DNA of 64,000 nt from an uncultured Gemmatimonadales bacterium. Its GTDB lineage: Bacteria; Gemmatimonadota; Gemmatimonadetes; Longimicrobiales; Longimicrobiaceae. The stretch's first letter is position 1; each line of letters begins with the position of its first letter. Shown in pieces: positions 1 through 9,731 of the stretch. The stretch spans positions 5,088,001 through 5,152,000 of the forward strand of contig OY970303.1 of the NCBI GenBank assembly GCA_963716255.1, read 5' to 3'. Position numbers and translations under genes: made by a program. Below the pieces are notes generated by a model that did not search any database, was not told the origin of the DNA, and saw only the letters and a list, made by a program, of their open reading frames with translations.

Positions 1-434
1 GTGGCGCGGATCCGCTGCTCCACGGCCCGCAGCGCCGGCACGTCGATCCCGGGGGCCGGGGCGGAGATCGATGCCAGCTCCGCCCCGGCCGCGTCGACGT
101 GCTGGTTGGCCGTACCAAAGTTGCGGCGGTCCAGCTCCATGGCCGCGCGGAAGAGCGACCCGCGTGCTTCGAGGAGCCGAGCGCGAGCCTGCGCCGCCGC
201 CAGCTTCTCGCGGTCCTGCTCGCGCGCTTCCTGTAGTGAGACGATCCGCTCCTCTAGCGGCACGCGCTCGGCGGCAGCCCGCTCGCCCGCCTGCCAGCGG
301 CCGGCGAGGTACAGCCCGCCACCCACCGCCAGCGCCAGGAGCAGCAGGAGGAGCCTGCGGACCAGCGGATGCCGCGCGCCGGCAGCCAGGATCTCCTGCG
401 GCAGTCGAGCGGCCTTGGAGCTGTTAGTGCTCAC
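1..434 (-). CDS. Hypothetical membrane-anchored coiled-coil protein (3' end runs off the window start)
   Basis: Manual translation: GTG start with GGAGG RBS, MSTNSSKAARLPQEILAAGARHPLVRRLLLLLLALAVGGGLYLAGRW...RAAMELDRRNFGTANQH; the frame stays open to position 1. Confidence 0.65.
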   Translation of the reverse strand, partial: MSTNSSKAARLPQEILAAGARHPLVRRLLLLLLALAVGGGLYLAGRWQAGERAAAERVPLEERIVSLQEAREQDREKLAAAQARARLLEARGSLFRAAMELDRRNFGTANQHVDAAGAELASISAPAPGIDVPALRAVEQRIRA

Positions 435-753
435 GGTTGCCTCCGGGTTCGGTTGGGAGCCGGCCAGGCGAGGGGATTTCCCTCGCCGCTTGCCGACTCA
501 CCCTGACTCAATGTGCGGCGTGTGAGACGAGGCGGTGTCAGGAAGTTCTATAGACGCTTGCCGGCGGGGCCGGATGGCTGGGGACGCGAGGCCGCGAAAC
601 GTCGAGTTCTCGACCGGACTGGATCAGCTACTCCGCCCGCGGCCCGAGGCGCCCACCCGTGGTCGTGACGGGGACCCGGTCCACGTGGCCCGCGTCGGCG
701 CTCCCCGACCGAAGAAGACGCCGCAGCGCGGGAAGGCCCTCGGATTTGCCGCG

Positions 754-915
754 CTAGGCGTCCGTCGGGGCGAGCAGGGTGCTGCTGACGCTGAGCAGCG
801 GAGGCAGGGAGAGCACCACGTAGAACGATAGTGCGGCGGCCATCCTCGGGCAATCGTCGTCGAGGAACTCCCGGGCCGTCTCCCACAGGAGAGCGGGGGC
901 GGTGTGGCGGCCCCG
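754..915 (-). pseudogene. N-terminal fragment of a YihY/BrkB family membrane protein
   Basis: LLWETAREFLDDDCPRMAAALSFYVVLSLPPLL is the typical YihY N-terminus; stops shortly afterwards. Confidence 0.65.
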
Positions 916-917
916 GA

Positions 918-1430
918 TCATCCGATCGGGCGGGCCCGCCGGCGGTTCCACTCCTTGTCCAGCTCCCTCCCAGGACCACCAGCGTCCCCACTAGGCAGGA
1001 TCAGCCCCCAGTGGCGCGGGGAGAGAGGCTGCGTCTTGATGGCGCCCTGCCGCCAGCGTAGGTGCAGCACCGTCCAGCGGGCCAGAGCCGCGGCGGCCAC
1101 GCTGGCGAAGAGGAACGGGTTCAACAGGAGCGGGATGTCGCGCACCGAGCGGCAGTTGAAGGCGTTGAAGAACTGGAAAACCACCATCTGCGTCAGCGCC
1201 GTGGTCCGCGCGAGGTCCAAGTCGCCGGTGGCGCACCAAGTCCCCCAGAAAATCCCGAGAGTCCCCAGCGCCAGCACAACCCCGACGAGGCATGCCATCA
1301 AGCGCCGCTCCGGCTCGAGGGGGAGGAGATCTTGCTCCGGGCAGCTCTCCCGGGCGTCCGCGACGGAAACCCTGCCCTTGGTGGCGGCGGCGACCAGGGC
1401 GAGCTCGGTGGGATCGCCGAGTGAGCGCTC
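918..1430 (-). pseudogene. Internally deleted cation-transporting P-type ATPase remnant
   Basis: N-domain motif GDPTELALVAAA...LPLEPERRLMA is fused in frame to C-terminal helices ARTTALTQMVVFQFFNAFNCRS...NPFLFASV. Confidence 0.7.
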
Positions 1431-1847
1431 CTCTTCCAGCGCGTCCGGAGCCGCTGGGGCGCGCCGCGGAGGCCGGCGCGTGCCTCTTCAAGCTGAAGAG
1501 GGAGCGCTTGCGGACGGAGAAGACCGAGAGTGTTCCCGCCGCAGAAGCGCTCACCGCGCTGGCTCGGACGGCGGATCGACGCCGCAGCGATGTGCTCGCG
1601 GAGCTGGACGGTACGCTCCTGCGGACCTTCGCGAAGCGGGCTGCCTTCGAGCGGCGCAGCGGTGGAGCGGGCTCGGGCGCAAGCCGAGGACGCCTGAGCC
1701 ACAAAGCCCGCGTGTGGATGCAGGCGGTGCTGCGCCACCTGCGCTTGGCGCGCGCGGACTTCGTGGTTCGGTGGAGAGCGTAGTCGCCGCTCGCGGACGG
1801 CGGGATCTCGCGGCTCACCCTGCACGCCAACTAGCGGATCGGCTGCT

Positions 1848-2651
1848 TCACGGGGAGTTGGGCGAGCCCGATGGCGGCAGCCGGACCTCCACCGGTGGAT
1901 GGGTCTCCCCTTCCTTCAGCCACGGCGGCGGCGCGCCGAAGTCGTACCGGCCGAGAATCCAGAGCGGGGTGCCAGGCTCCCTCAGCTCCCAGCCCCGCTC
2001 GTCCACCCGCCACCCCTCGCCCCAGCCGTAGATCCACCGGGCATCCCGCTCCAGCAGCCGCACGCAGGCATGGCTCGCCGGGTGCCCAGGCAGGGCGTAC
2101 TGGTGCAGCGCGAGCCCGCGCGTGTTGTGGAAGTTGAAGTACCACTTCATGTACCAGTCGGGATCGATGGTGCTGTGCCGGCCGCGGGACCTCCAGTTGA
2201 GGTGGAAGGCGCCACCCGGGGTCGGGTGCGCCTCGCGTCCGCTACTCACTGGTCCCCAGCGCACCAGGCGCCCGTTCTCGTAGGCGCCGAACACCTGCAG
2301 GGGCTGGTGCACGATCAGCGCCTTCGGGTACCCGGCCAGCTCACCGACCTCTCGCGGGAAGGGGCTGTACTCCAGCTCGTCGGCCTCCCAGCGGTCGGGA
2401 ACGATCAGACGGTCGAGTCGCGGGAGGTGACCCCGGTCCGCCCGGTTGAGCTTCTCCAGGAGCGCGACCTGCGACGCCGTGAACCTTCCCGCCAGGTCTG
2501 CCGGGGCCGGCTCCACGTGGTAGGAGATCCACGACTCCGGAAGCGCCTGCGCGAGGCCGGTCGTGGTGGAGGCCCGGAGGAGCGCGGTGAAGAGGCCGCC
2601 GGCCACGACGAGGAATCTGCTGAGTCGGTACATTCGGGGAGCGAGGATCAT
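1848..2651 (-). CDS. L,D-transpeptidase (YkuD family), secreted
   Basis: Signal-like N-terminus, WGPVSSG motif, catalytic LHQYALPGHPASHACVRL. Confidence 0.9.
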   Translation of the reverse strand: MILAPRMYRLSRFLVVAGGLFTALLRASTTTGLAQALPESWISYHVEPAPADLAGRFTASQVALLEKLNRADRGHLPRLDRLIVPDRWEADELEYSPFPREVGELAGYPKALIVHQPLQVFGAYENGRLVRWGPVSSGREAHPTPGGAFHLNWRSRGRHSTIDPDWYMKWYFNFHNTRGLALHQYALPGHPASHACVRLLERDARWIYGWGEGWRVDERGWELREPGTPLWILGRYDFGAPPPWLKEGETHPPVEVRLPPSGSPNSP

Positions 2652-2695
2652 AGCGGAGCGCGTCCGGGAAGTAGTGTGGGGCTTCGGTTACCCCG

Positions 2696-3070
2696 TCAGG
2701 TAGTTCGCATCTGCTGGTTGAGGAGTTCCGTGTCCCCGCGGTGGCAGAGCTCGGTCACCTCCGTCATCACCGCAGCGGCACCCGCCGCCACCCCCGAAGC
2801 GCGCGGCTTCGCTCACCTCCAGTCCCCGCGCGAGCCTCAGCACGATCCCGGCCACCGTGCTGTCGCCCGCCCCACCTTTCTGTGGATTGGCACCGTGGGG
2901 GTGCGGAGGTGCTCGGTCCCTCTGCCGTGAAGCAGGGCGCCACCCACGCCGAGCGAGACCAGGAGGACACTGCAGCACCCCTGCCCGTTGAAGCCGCGCC
3001 CCACCTCGTCTATCTCCTGCTCGGAGGTCGTTTCCCTGCCGACGAGCTGCTGGAACTTGGCCAGGTTCGG
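2696..3070 (-). pseudogene. Frameshifted C-terminal fragment of a PfkB family hexose kinase
   Basis: Across frames: PNL..LVGRE...LLVSLGVGGALL / EHLRTPTVPI..KV / GAGDSTVAGIVL.LARG...AARFG / VAAGAAAVMTEVTELC. Confidence 0.75.
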
Positions 3071-3481
3071 GTCCGGCAGCCGTTCCCGCAGCCGGGAGAG
3101 CTCCCCCCGGACCGCTCGCCGCTCCGCCCGCAGGGGGGCGACCACTCCGTACGCTTCGCCGGTCGCCAGGCGCGCGGGCAGCCGGCCGGACAGCTCCACC
3201 TCGCGCGCCGTCAGCTCGCCGATCGTCCGATTAGACTCGCGCGAGCGTACGCGCCGGGGTCTCTGTATCGTCCGGAGACATGGGTGACCCGGCGGGCGAG
3301 AGGCCGCCGCGGCTACGGGTGTCGGAGTCGAGCAGTGGTCCGGTGGTCGACGGATCCCTCTCTTGCAGGATGGCGAGCCGCCAGGGGCGCGTGGACTGGA
3401 GATTCCTTGATTCCCTGTGGGGAAGGGTCTGATTCGCGGCCCGCCCGGCCCGGGCTTTCGGACGCCCCCCGAGAGCCCCGG

Positions 3482-5893
3482 TCACTCCGCCGGCCACGCG
3501 CGCCATGGCCGAAAGGGGCGCGGCGGAGTCCGCAGCACACCCACGGCTGGTTCAAGCAGTGCACACCCAGCAGCCGCGACACCCGGCCGAGTCGCCGGCC
3601 CATCGTCGCCGATCTCGACTTCTTCCAGGGTCTGCACCTCCCGGAAGAGCGCTCCGTAGTGTGCCGCGACAGCCGAGTCCGCGAAAAGCCGGAGGGAGGG
3701 ACCGAAGTAAAGGCGCATGGCCGCCTCCCGGCGCGCGCGGGCACCGAGGTGCCTCTCGACCTGGGAGAGGGCGATCCCGCGCGCGTTCGCCCCGGCGGCG
3801 AGGCCGACCAGGCGGCGCCGCGCCGTGTCGAGGTACGGGGCGAGAAGCGCCGAGCCCGCCCGGCAGCTCCATTCATCGACAACCCCCAGGGCCGCCGCCC
3901 GACGCCGCTCTACGTCCGCGAAGTCGTACACGGGAAGGCGGGTGTTCTCGGCGACGGCGCCCGACGCGGCCTCTCCGGCGGCATCGATCTCGATCTGCGG
4001 CTCGGGCTCGTCCTGCGGGCCGAGCACCAGGCCGACCAGGTCGTACGGGGCCAGGATTCGCCCGCGGCCGAGGTGCGATCCCACCCAGCGGTGCAGCTCG
4101 GCTGGCAGCGGTGCCGCCTCATCGAGGATCTCCAGCAGGGCGGCGGCCGTCGCCCCGCCGACCTCTGGAGCCGCCGCGGTCCCGTACCCCGTCAGGACGT
4201 GGTTCTGCATCGAGGAGATGTACCCGTTCGACCGCCGCTCACGGGCGAGCGCGACCATCACGAGCCAGTCCACGCGGCGTGCGAACACCTCGGCGGGCCG
4301 TTCCGCCGCATCCGGGCGCACTCCTCCCGACGCGGGTGCGGGATGCCCCGGCGGCCCGAGGGTGAGACGCTGCACCACCCGGGCGAAGGGCTTCCCGTGC
4401 CGGGTCGCGTAGTCCGTCGCATAGGTGCCGCCTACGCCGAAGCGGCGCCGCGCCAGCTGCAGGTCAAGGTCGTGGGCCAGCTCGTGGGCCAGGGAGCCCG
4501 CAGCGGTGGTCGGCGGGAGGTACAGGATCCGCGGTCCGGGCTGGTGGAACGCCAGCGTTTTGGGCGATGGCCGACCCTCCTCCGTCACCCGGACGCGCAG
4601 TCCGTGGAAGTCCGCCAGCGGAACGACCCGGCGGAAGTCCAGGATCGCGCTCAGCAGCATGCGTCGCATGTACGGGCGCCACTCCCCCGGGATCCCGGGA
4701 TCGAAGGTGACGCTCACCCCGTTTCGGATCTCGAGCTCGGAGAGCGGCGGACCCGGCATTCCAGGGAACCAGACTTCCTCCTGCGCGAAGGACCGCAGCG
4801 CGACCGCCGCTCGCAACGCCACGGTGGCGGGAAGCAGCTTCGTAGCGGCGGTCCGCCACCAGACCGCGTGCTCGCTTGCGAAGCGTTCCTCGTCGAGGGC
4901 CCGGCTCAGGAAATCGAGCCGGGCTCGCCGTTCGGCTTCGGAGACCTCCCGCATCGCCAGGATGTGGTTCCGGTAGATCTGGGCGGCGACCACGGTCGCG
5001 GTCTGAGGCGGAGGATTCAGGGAGTCCGCAAGGACGCCGAGCCGCCGGGCGAGTGCGGGAGTCAGGGTGGGCCCGGCGCGATCCACGGAGGCGCGGCCTT
5101 CCCCGGCACGCAGCAGTCCGACCGCGCGGATCGCCCGGATGAGGATCGGCACCTGCTGCAGGGCGGCCTGCTCCGCTGGCGGCCCGAGGGAAGTCACGCG
5201 GGGGGCCTCGACCGCGAAGCGGCGTCCGGCACGCCAGGCAGGTACGAGTCGGTCCACAGCCACGCCGGCTGCTTCCGCCGCGGCGAACAGGCGTCGGACG
5301 TCCTGTCGGGCGAGCTCGCGGTCGCACAGCAGGGCGGCCACGCCTGCGGCCTTTCGGGGCGCATCCGCCGTGACGCTCCCCTCCGCCGCCGCGATCAGGT
5401 ACGCGAGGCGGATCGCCAGCTCCCCGATGCGTGGGTCGTCGGCACCCGTGACCGCCTCCTCGATGATGGCCAGGTGGTCGGCGCCCACGCTCCTCCCGGC
5501 CTGACCGAAGGTCGGGGAGAATCCGCTCAGCGCCGCCGCGTCGATCCGGTAGGCCTCGCCATCGAGGGTGCGTGCGAGAAGCGACCGGGAGAGCCGCTCC
5601 CGCGCCGACGGGTCGAGCCGCGGGTCGTGGAGCGCGAGGTCGATCAGCCGGAAGGGACTCCCCAGGCCCAGGCGCAGACGCTCCAGATAGCCGAGCGCGA
5701 TGACCTCCGCGGAGGTCATCGCGTGAACGCTGCGGCCGTTCTCGATGAGCGCCCGCGCGTATGTCCGGCCCTCTCGCAGCGACTGCCTGGAAGACGGCGC
5801 CAGCGAGGTGTCGTCGGCGCGATCACAAGCGCCCCCCAGCGTACAGAGCCACAGGGCGACAAGGCCGGCCAGCCGCCTGGATCGGTACACCAT
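3482..5893 (-). CDS. Lipoprotein, putative zinc metallopeptidase (HExxH), paralog of 9682..11982
   Basis: 803-aa ORF; lipobox-like GGAC; LAHELAHDLD plus downstream RPAEVFAR. Confidence 0.75.
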   Translation of the reverse strand: MVYRSRRLAGLVALWLCTLGGACDRADDTSLAPSSRQSLREGRTYARALIENGRSVHAMTSAEVIALGYLERLRLGLGSPFRLIDLALHDPRLDPSARERLSRSLLARTLDGEAYRIDAAALSGFSPTFGQAGRSVGADHLAIIEEAVTGADDPRIGELAIRLAYLIAAAEGSVTADAPRKAAGVAALLCDRELARQDVRRLFAAAEAAGVAVDRLVPAWRAGRRFAVEAPRVTSLGPPAEQAALQQVPILIRAIRAVGLLRAGEGRASVDRAGPTLTPALARRLGVLADSLNPPPQTATVVAAQIYRNHILAMREVSEAERRARLDFLSRALDEERFASEHAVWWRTAATKLLPATVALRAAVALRSFAQEEVWFPGMPGPPLSELEIRNGVSVTFDPGIPGEWRPYMRRMLLSAILDFRRVVPLADFHGLRVRVTEEGRPSPKTLAFHQPGPRILYLPPTTAAGSLAHELAHDLDLQLARRRFGVGGTYATDYATRHGKPFARVVQRLTLGPPGHPAPASGGVRPDAAERPAEVFARRVDWLVMVALARERRSNGYISSMQNHVLTGYGTAAAPEVGGATAAALLEILDEAAPLPAELHRWVGSHLGRGRILAPYDLVGLVLGPQDEPEPQIEIDAAGEAASGAVAENTRLPVYDFADVERRRAAALGVVDEWSCRAGSALLAPYLDTARRRLVGLAAGANARGIALSQVERHLGARARREAAMRLYFGPSLRLFADSAVAAHYGALFREVQTLEEVEIGDDGPATRPGVAAAGCALLEPAVGVLRTPPRPFRPWRAWPAE

Positions 5894-6168
5894 CCGATGG
5901 GAAGGGGTGTCGGCGTGGAGCGAAGCGCGACCGTGGAAGTGAGCCGCCGCAGGCCGCGCCGAGGGGAGGTGAGCGAGTACACCCCTCCCCCTTCCCGTAA
6001 GATACCGGGGGCGGGCACGGCGGCAAGATTGGCGAAACGGAGTTACGACCCTCCGTCATCTCTCCCGCGCAGTCCTGACCGTCTCACGCCTCACGGTGCG
6101 TTCCGCACCCGCTGGGGAGGATTCGCAGGCCCTGCTCTTCAAGTCCACCAGCGTGGTCGGCGGTAGCG

Positions 6169-6933
6169 CAACGACCCGTTCACCGCGGCAGCATGCGTGG
6201 ACAGCCTCGGCGCGGCGCTCGCGCGGGTGGCGGAGCGGCCGGGCGCGCCCGGCGTGCACCGGGACGGGGAGGGCGCGGCGCGGGTGCTGGCGGACCCCGT
6301 GAGCTTCGAGCGCCTGGCCGAGGCCGCGTTCTTCCCCATCCGGCAGTACGCGGGCGGGAGCCAGGTGGTGCTCCTCCGCCTGCTGGACGCGCTGGCGCGC
6401 ATCGCCCGGCATGTGCGTGGAGAGGACCGCCGCGACACCGTCCGCGACCATGGCGCGCGCGTGCTCGCCACGGCCGAGCGGCACCTGGAGCACTCAGCCG
6501 ACCGCGCGGCGGTGGCGGAGCGGCACCGGGCCGTGGAGGAAGCGCTGCGTGGGAGCGCCGATCCCGCACACGGGAGATAGGAAGCCCGGTACGGATGGAG
6601 ACCCGAGGAGAGTGGAGGTGGCCGCTTGGAGGACTTCGTCAGGCTGGTCGGACCGAACGGGGTCGTGGAGGTCTTCGGGGTACGGCTCGTCGGGGTGAAC
6701 GTGGAGAACGGCACGAAGCTCCTGCTCACGCTGGTCTTCATCGCCGCGACCGTCCTGCTCGCGCGCCTGGTGCACGGGCTGGGGAGCTGGGTTCTGCGCG
6801 GGCGCCGGGACCGGCGGGTCGCCTTCTGGTTCCGGCAGGCGGTGAACCTGGGCACCGCGGTCGTGCTGGTGCTCGGCTTCGTCCCGATCTGGTTCGACGA
6901 CCCCACCCGGCTGGCGACGGCGCTCGGGCTGGT
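6169..6933 (+). repeat. Diverged direct duplicate of 25383..26146 (DUF2254 3' end plus MscS 5' end), truncated on both sides
   Basis: Colinear nucleotide similarity from caacgacccgttcaccgcggc to ...cggcgctcgg(g/c)ctggt, including the intergenic spacer. Confidence 0.9.
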
Positions 6934-6970
6934 AGCCGTCCTGAACAGCCAACGCCGACGTATGACCGCG

Positions 6971-7476
6971 ATGTTTTTCAGCTCCTGGCAGGGTCTCCTG
7001 CGCGTCGCCGTGGTCGGCACGCTCGCCTACCGGCGCTGGTGGTCATGCTCCGCGTCTCGGGGAAGCGGATGCTGGCCAAGATGAACGCGTTCGAACTGGT
7101 GGTGACGGTCGCCCTGGGCTCCACGCTGGCTACCGTGCTTCTGTCCAGGGACGTGGCCCTGGCCGAGGGCCTGCTCGCCACACTGATCGCGCTGCAGATC
7201 GGCGTCGATTGGCTGTCCGTGAGGTCGGCGAGGGAGCAGGAGCTGGTGAAGAGCGAGCCGGCACCCCTCTTCTTCGATGGACGCTACCTGGACGGCGCGC
7301 TCCGCCGCGAGCGCGTGGCCCGCGGGGAGGTCCGGGCCGCGGTCCGGGCGGCGGGAGTGGCTTCGCTGGACGACGTGACGGCGGTCGTGCTGTAGACGGA
7401 CGGCACCTTCGGCGTGGTGTGAGGCGGGGATGGGGAGCGGGGGAGCCTCCAGGACCTCGGGGCACTGTCCGGCTGA
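6971..7476 (+). pseudogene. DUF421/YetF family membrane protein, frameshift plus premature stop
   Basis: MFFSSWQGLLRVAVVGTLAY / LRVSGKRMLAKMNAFELVVTVALGSTLA...VKSEP...AVVL*TDGTFGVV. Confidence 0.75.
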
Positions 7477-7495
7477 CACCCGGTACTGGAAACAG

Positions 7496-8150
7496 GTGGG
7501 TACGGACGCAAAGAGCCGGACGGCGGGAACGTGGGAACCGCGGGTTCCTAGTGGGGCTCGCGCGGGCCTTCGGCGGGGCGATCTTCTTCCCGCTTCCGCT
7601 GCTCATGACCATGGAGATCTGGTACCTGGGGTTCTTCACGGACCGGTACCGCCTCGTGCTCTTCATAGTGATGATAGTCCCCATGCTGATCGGGCTGGAC
7701 CACTATTCCGGGTTCCGCGAGAACTCCACCTATCGTGAAGATGCCGTGGTCGGCGTCATCGCGTGCGGCGTCGGGTTCTGCGCCTCGGCCGCCGTGCTCG
7801 CGCTCCTGGCCGTGATCGACACCACGATGCCGGCACAGGAACTCGTCGGAATGATCCCATCAGGCCATTCTGGCGAGATTCGGGGCGACCCTCGCCACCA
7901 GCCAGCTCGGGACGGGAGCCGGGGACGGGAAGGCGGAGGAAGCGAGGAAGAGCAACGCCGGCTACGGCGCCGAGGTCTTCTTCATGGTCGCGGGAGCGAC
8001 CTTTCTCGCGTTCAACGTCGTGCCGACGGATGGGCGCCTCCCTGCTGCTGATGCACGCCTTCGTCTTCGCGGTGGAGCCCCGGGGGACCGAGTCGCCCCC
8101 GAGGGGCACGCCCGGGTGGAGTGTTTTCCTTCGTTCCAGGGACCCGACAA
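7496..8150 (+). pseudogene. TIGR02587/DUF2391-like membrane protein, frameshifted and truncated
   Basis: GLARAFGGAIFFPLPLLMTMEIWYLGF; later frames GYGAEVFFMVAGATFLAFNVVPT; ends just before the Tn3 IR. Confidence 0.7.
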
Positions 8151-8155
8151 TCAGT

Positions 8156-8193
8156 CTTGGCGTACGACTTTTTCCGTTTCGTGAGTACACCCC
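8156..8193 (-). mobile_element. 38-bp Tn3-family (Tn21/Tn501-like) terminal inverted repeat, orphan
   Basis: Reverse complement GGGGTGTACTCACGAAACGGAAAAAGTCGTACGCCAAG; 32/38 identical to the IR at 35748-35785, same orientation. Confidence 0.9.
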
Positions 8194-8195
8194 TC

Positions 8196-9731
8196 TCATG
8201 CTCCTGACGTGGCGGCCGGCTGCGGGCCGGAGGTGGCTTCGCGCCGGTTCGTCGCCGGGAGCCGCAGCGTGAAGATAGTCTCCCGGCCGACCTCGCTGGC
8301 CACGGTGAGGTCGCCGCTCAGCAGCCGGGCGATCCGTCGGCTGATGGCAAGGCCGAGGCCGCTCCCTTCACCGCCGCTGTCGGGGATCCGGTAAAACTCC
8401 AGGAAGATCCTGTCCAGCTCGGACCCGGCGATCCCCGGCCCGAAGTCGGCCACCCGCACCACGCCCCACCCCTGGACGGCGCCCCCGGCGTCCGGCTCGC
8501 GGGCGACCGACAGGACGATCCGGTCGCTCCCGTGCGCGTACTTGACCGCGTTGGAGATCAGGTTCCCGACGATCTGCCGGACCCGCGCGGGATCCGTGTG
8601 GACCAGGACCGGGAGGAGGGGAAGCTCCAGGTCGATGCGCTTCCCCGAGGCCGTCGCGGTGCCGAGGTACTCCCCGGCGGCGGAGCGAACGAGCGGGACG
8701 AGGTCCACGCGGCCCCACTCGATCGGGAGGTCTCCCCCCTCGGCGCGCGAGACCTCAAGCAGGTCGCGGATAATCCCCAGCGCGTTCCTGATGCACCGGC
8801 GCACCGCGTCCACCATCTCCTCCTGCGCCGGTGCCAGCGGCCCGCGGAGCCCCATCTGCAGGAGCTCGGAGTACCCGTCCGCCGCGCCCAGCGGATTCTT
8901 GATGTCGTGGGTGATCCCCCGGACCAGCCGCTGGCGGGATTCCATGTTGCGCCGGGTCTCGCGGAGCGCCTGCTCCGCCTGGATCCTGCGCCCCTCGGCC
9001 TCGTGGGCCAGCCGTCTCAGCCGGCCCGCGAGCCGGGCGACGACCAGCGAGGAAGTGAAGGCGAGGAGGACCAGGCCCGCTGTGACGACCAGGCCCAGGC
9101 GCTCCAGCTCCCGGATGCGCTCGCCGCGTGTCTGCGCGGCCCGCATGATGGCCGCGTCCAGATCGCGGGCCGCGCCCAGCGCCTGCTCGTAGAGCTCCTG
9201 CTCGTTGGCGATTCCGGCGAGGAACGCGGGGGATGCCTCGCGGCGGCGGACGACCTCGGACTCGTCGACCCGCCGGTGCCATTCGGCGGAGAGCGTGTGG
9301 AGCTCGGCGAACTCGTGGGCGACCTCCGGGCCCAGGCCGTGTGCGAGGGGATGGAGCTGCCGGTAGGTGTCCTGCTCCCGGGCGCGGGCCTGCGAGTAGA
9401 CGTCCAGGAACTCCGCCCGGCTGGTGAGCAGGAAGCCGCGCAGCGCGGACATCTCCCGGGCCAGGGCGAACTGGATCCCGGTCACCAGCGTGCGCCCCGG
9501 GTCGGCGCGCTCGTCGATCTCCGTGCGCACCGCGTCGATGCGCCGCTGCAGCAGGACCGGAGCGAGCACCGACAGGGTGAGCGAGACAAGGACCAGCCCC
9601 AGCGCCAGCGAGCCGATCCACGCCGGACGCGCGCGGCGTGGCTCCTCCGGAACCGCGTCGAGCCCACGCTCCGCCGGCACCTCAGCCCTCCGTCCGGAAT
9701 GCGGCGCACGGCGCTCCCGCGAGATCCGCAT
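8196..9731 (-). CDS. Membrane sensor histidine kinase (2 TM, helical sensor domain, HisKA, HATPase)
   Basis: ITHDIKNPL, NLISNAVKY, DFGPGI, GSGLGLAISRRIA. Confidence 0.92.
   Translation of the reverse strand: MRISRERRAPHSGRRAEVPAERGLDAVPEEPRRARPAWIGSLALGLVLVSLTLSVLAPVLLQRRIDAVRTEIDERADPGRTLVTGIQFALAREMSALRGFLLTSRAEFLDVYSQARAREQDTYRQLHPLAHGLGPEVAHEFAELHTLSAEWHRRVDESEVVRRREASPAFLAGIANEQELYEQALGAARDLDAAIMRAAQTRGERIRELERLGLVVTAGLVLLAFTSSLVVARLAGRLRRLAHEAEGRRIQAEQALRETRRNMESRQRLVRGITHDIKNPLGAADGYSELLQMGLRGPLAPAQEEMVDAVRRCIRNALGIIRDLLEVSRAEGGDLPIEWGRVDLVPLVRSAAGEYLGTATASGKRIDLELPLLPVLVHTDPARVRQIVGNLISNAVKYAHGSDRIVLSVAREPDAGGAVQGWGVVRVADFGPGIAGSELDRIFLEFYRIPDSGGEGSGLGLAISRRIARLLSGDLTVASEVGRETIFTLRLPATNRREATSGPQPAATSGA

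Noticed and set aside
535..556. GTGTCAGGAAGTTCTATAGAC resembles a reversed res subsite
   Set aside because: Single short match without the three-subsite spacing or an adjacent resolvase
5975..5987. GAGTACACCCCTC matches the tip of the 8156-8193 IR and its flank
   Set aside because: Only 13 bp; the inner IR sequence is absent, so it may be chance or an unprovable scar
2741..6166. 1141-aa plus-strand ORF and the other long Arg/Pro/Gly-rich ORFs (e.g. 12225..14909, 46762..49782)
   Set aside because: Antisense or off-frame shadows of real genes, expected at this GC content; no motifs
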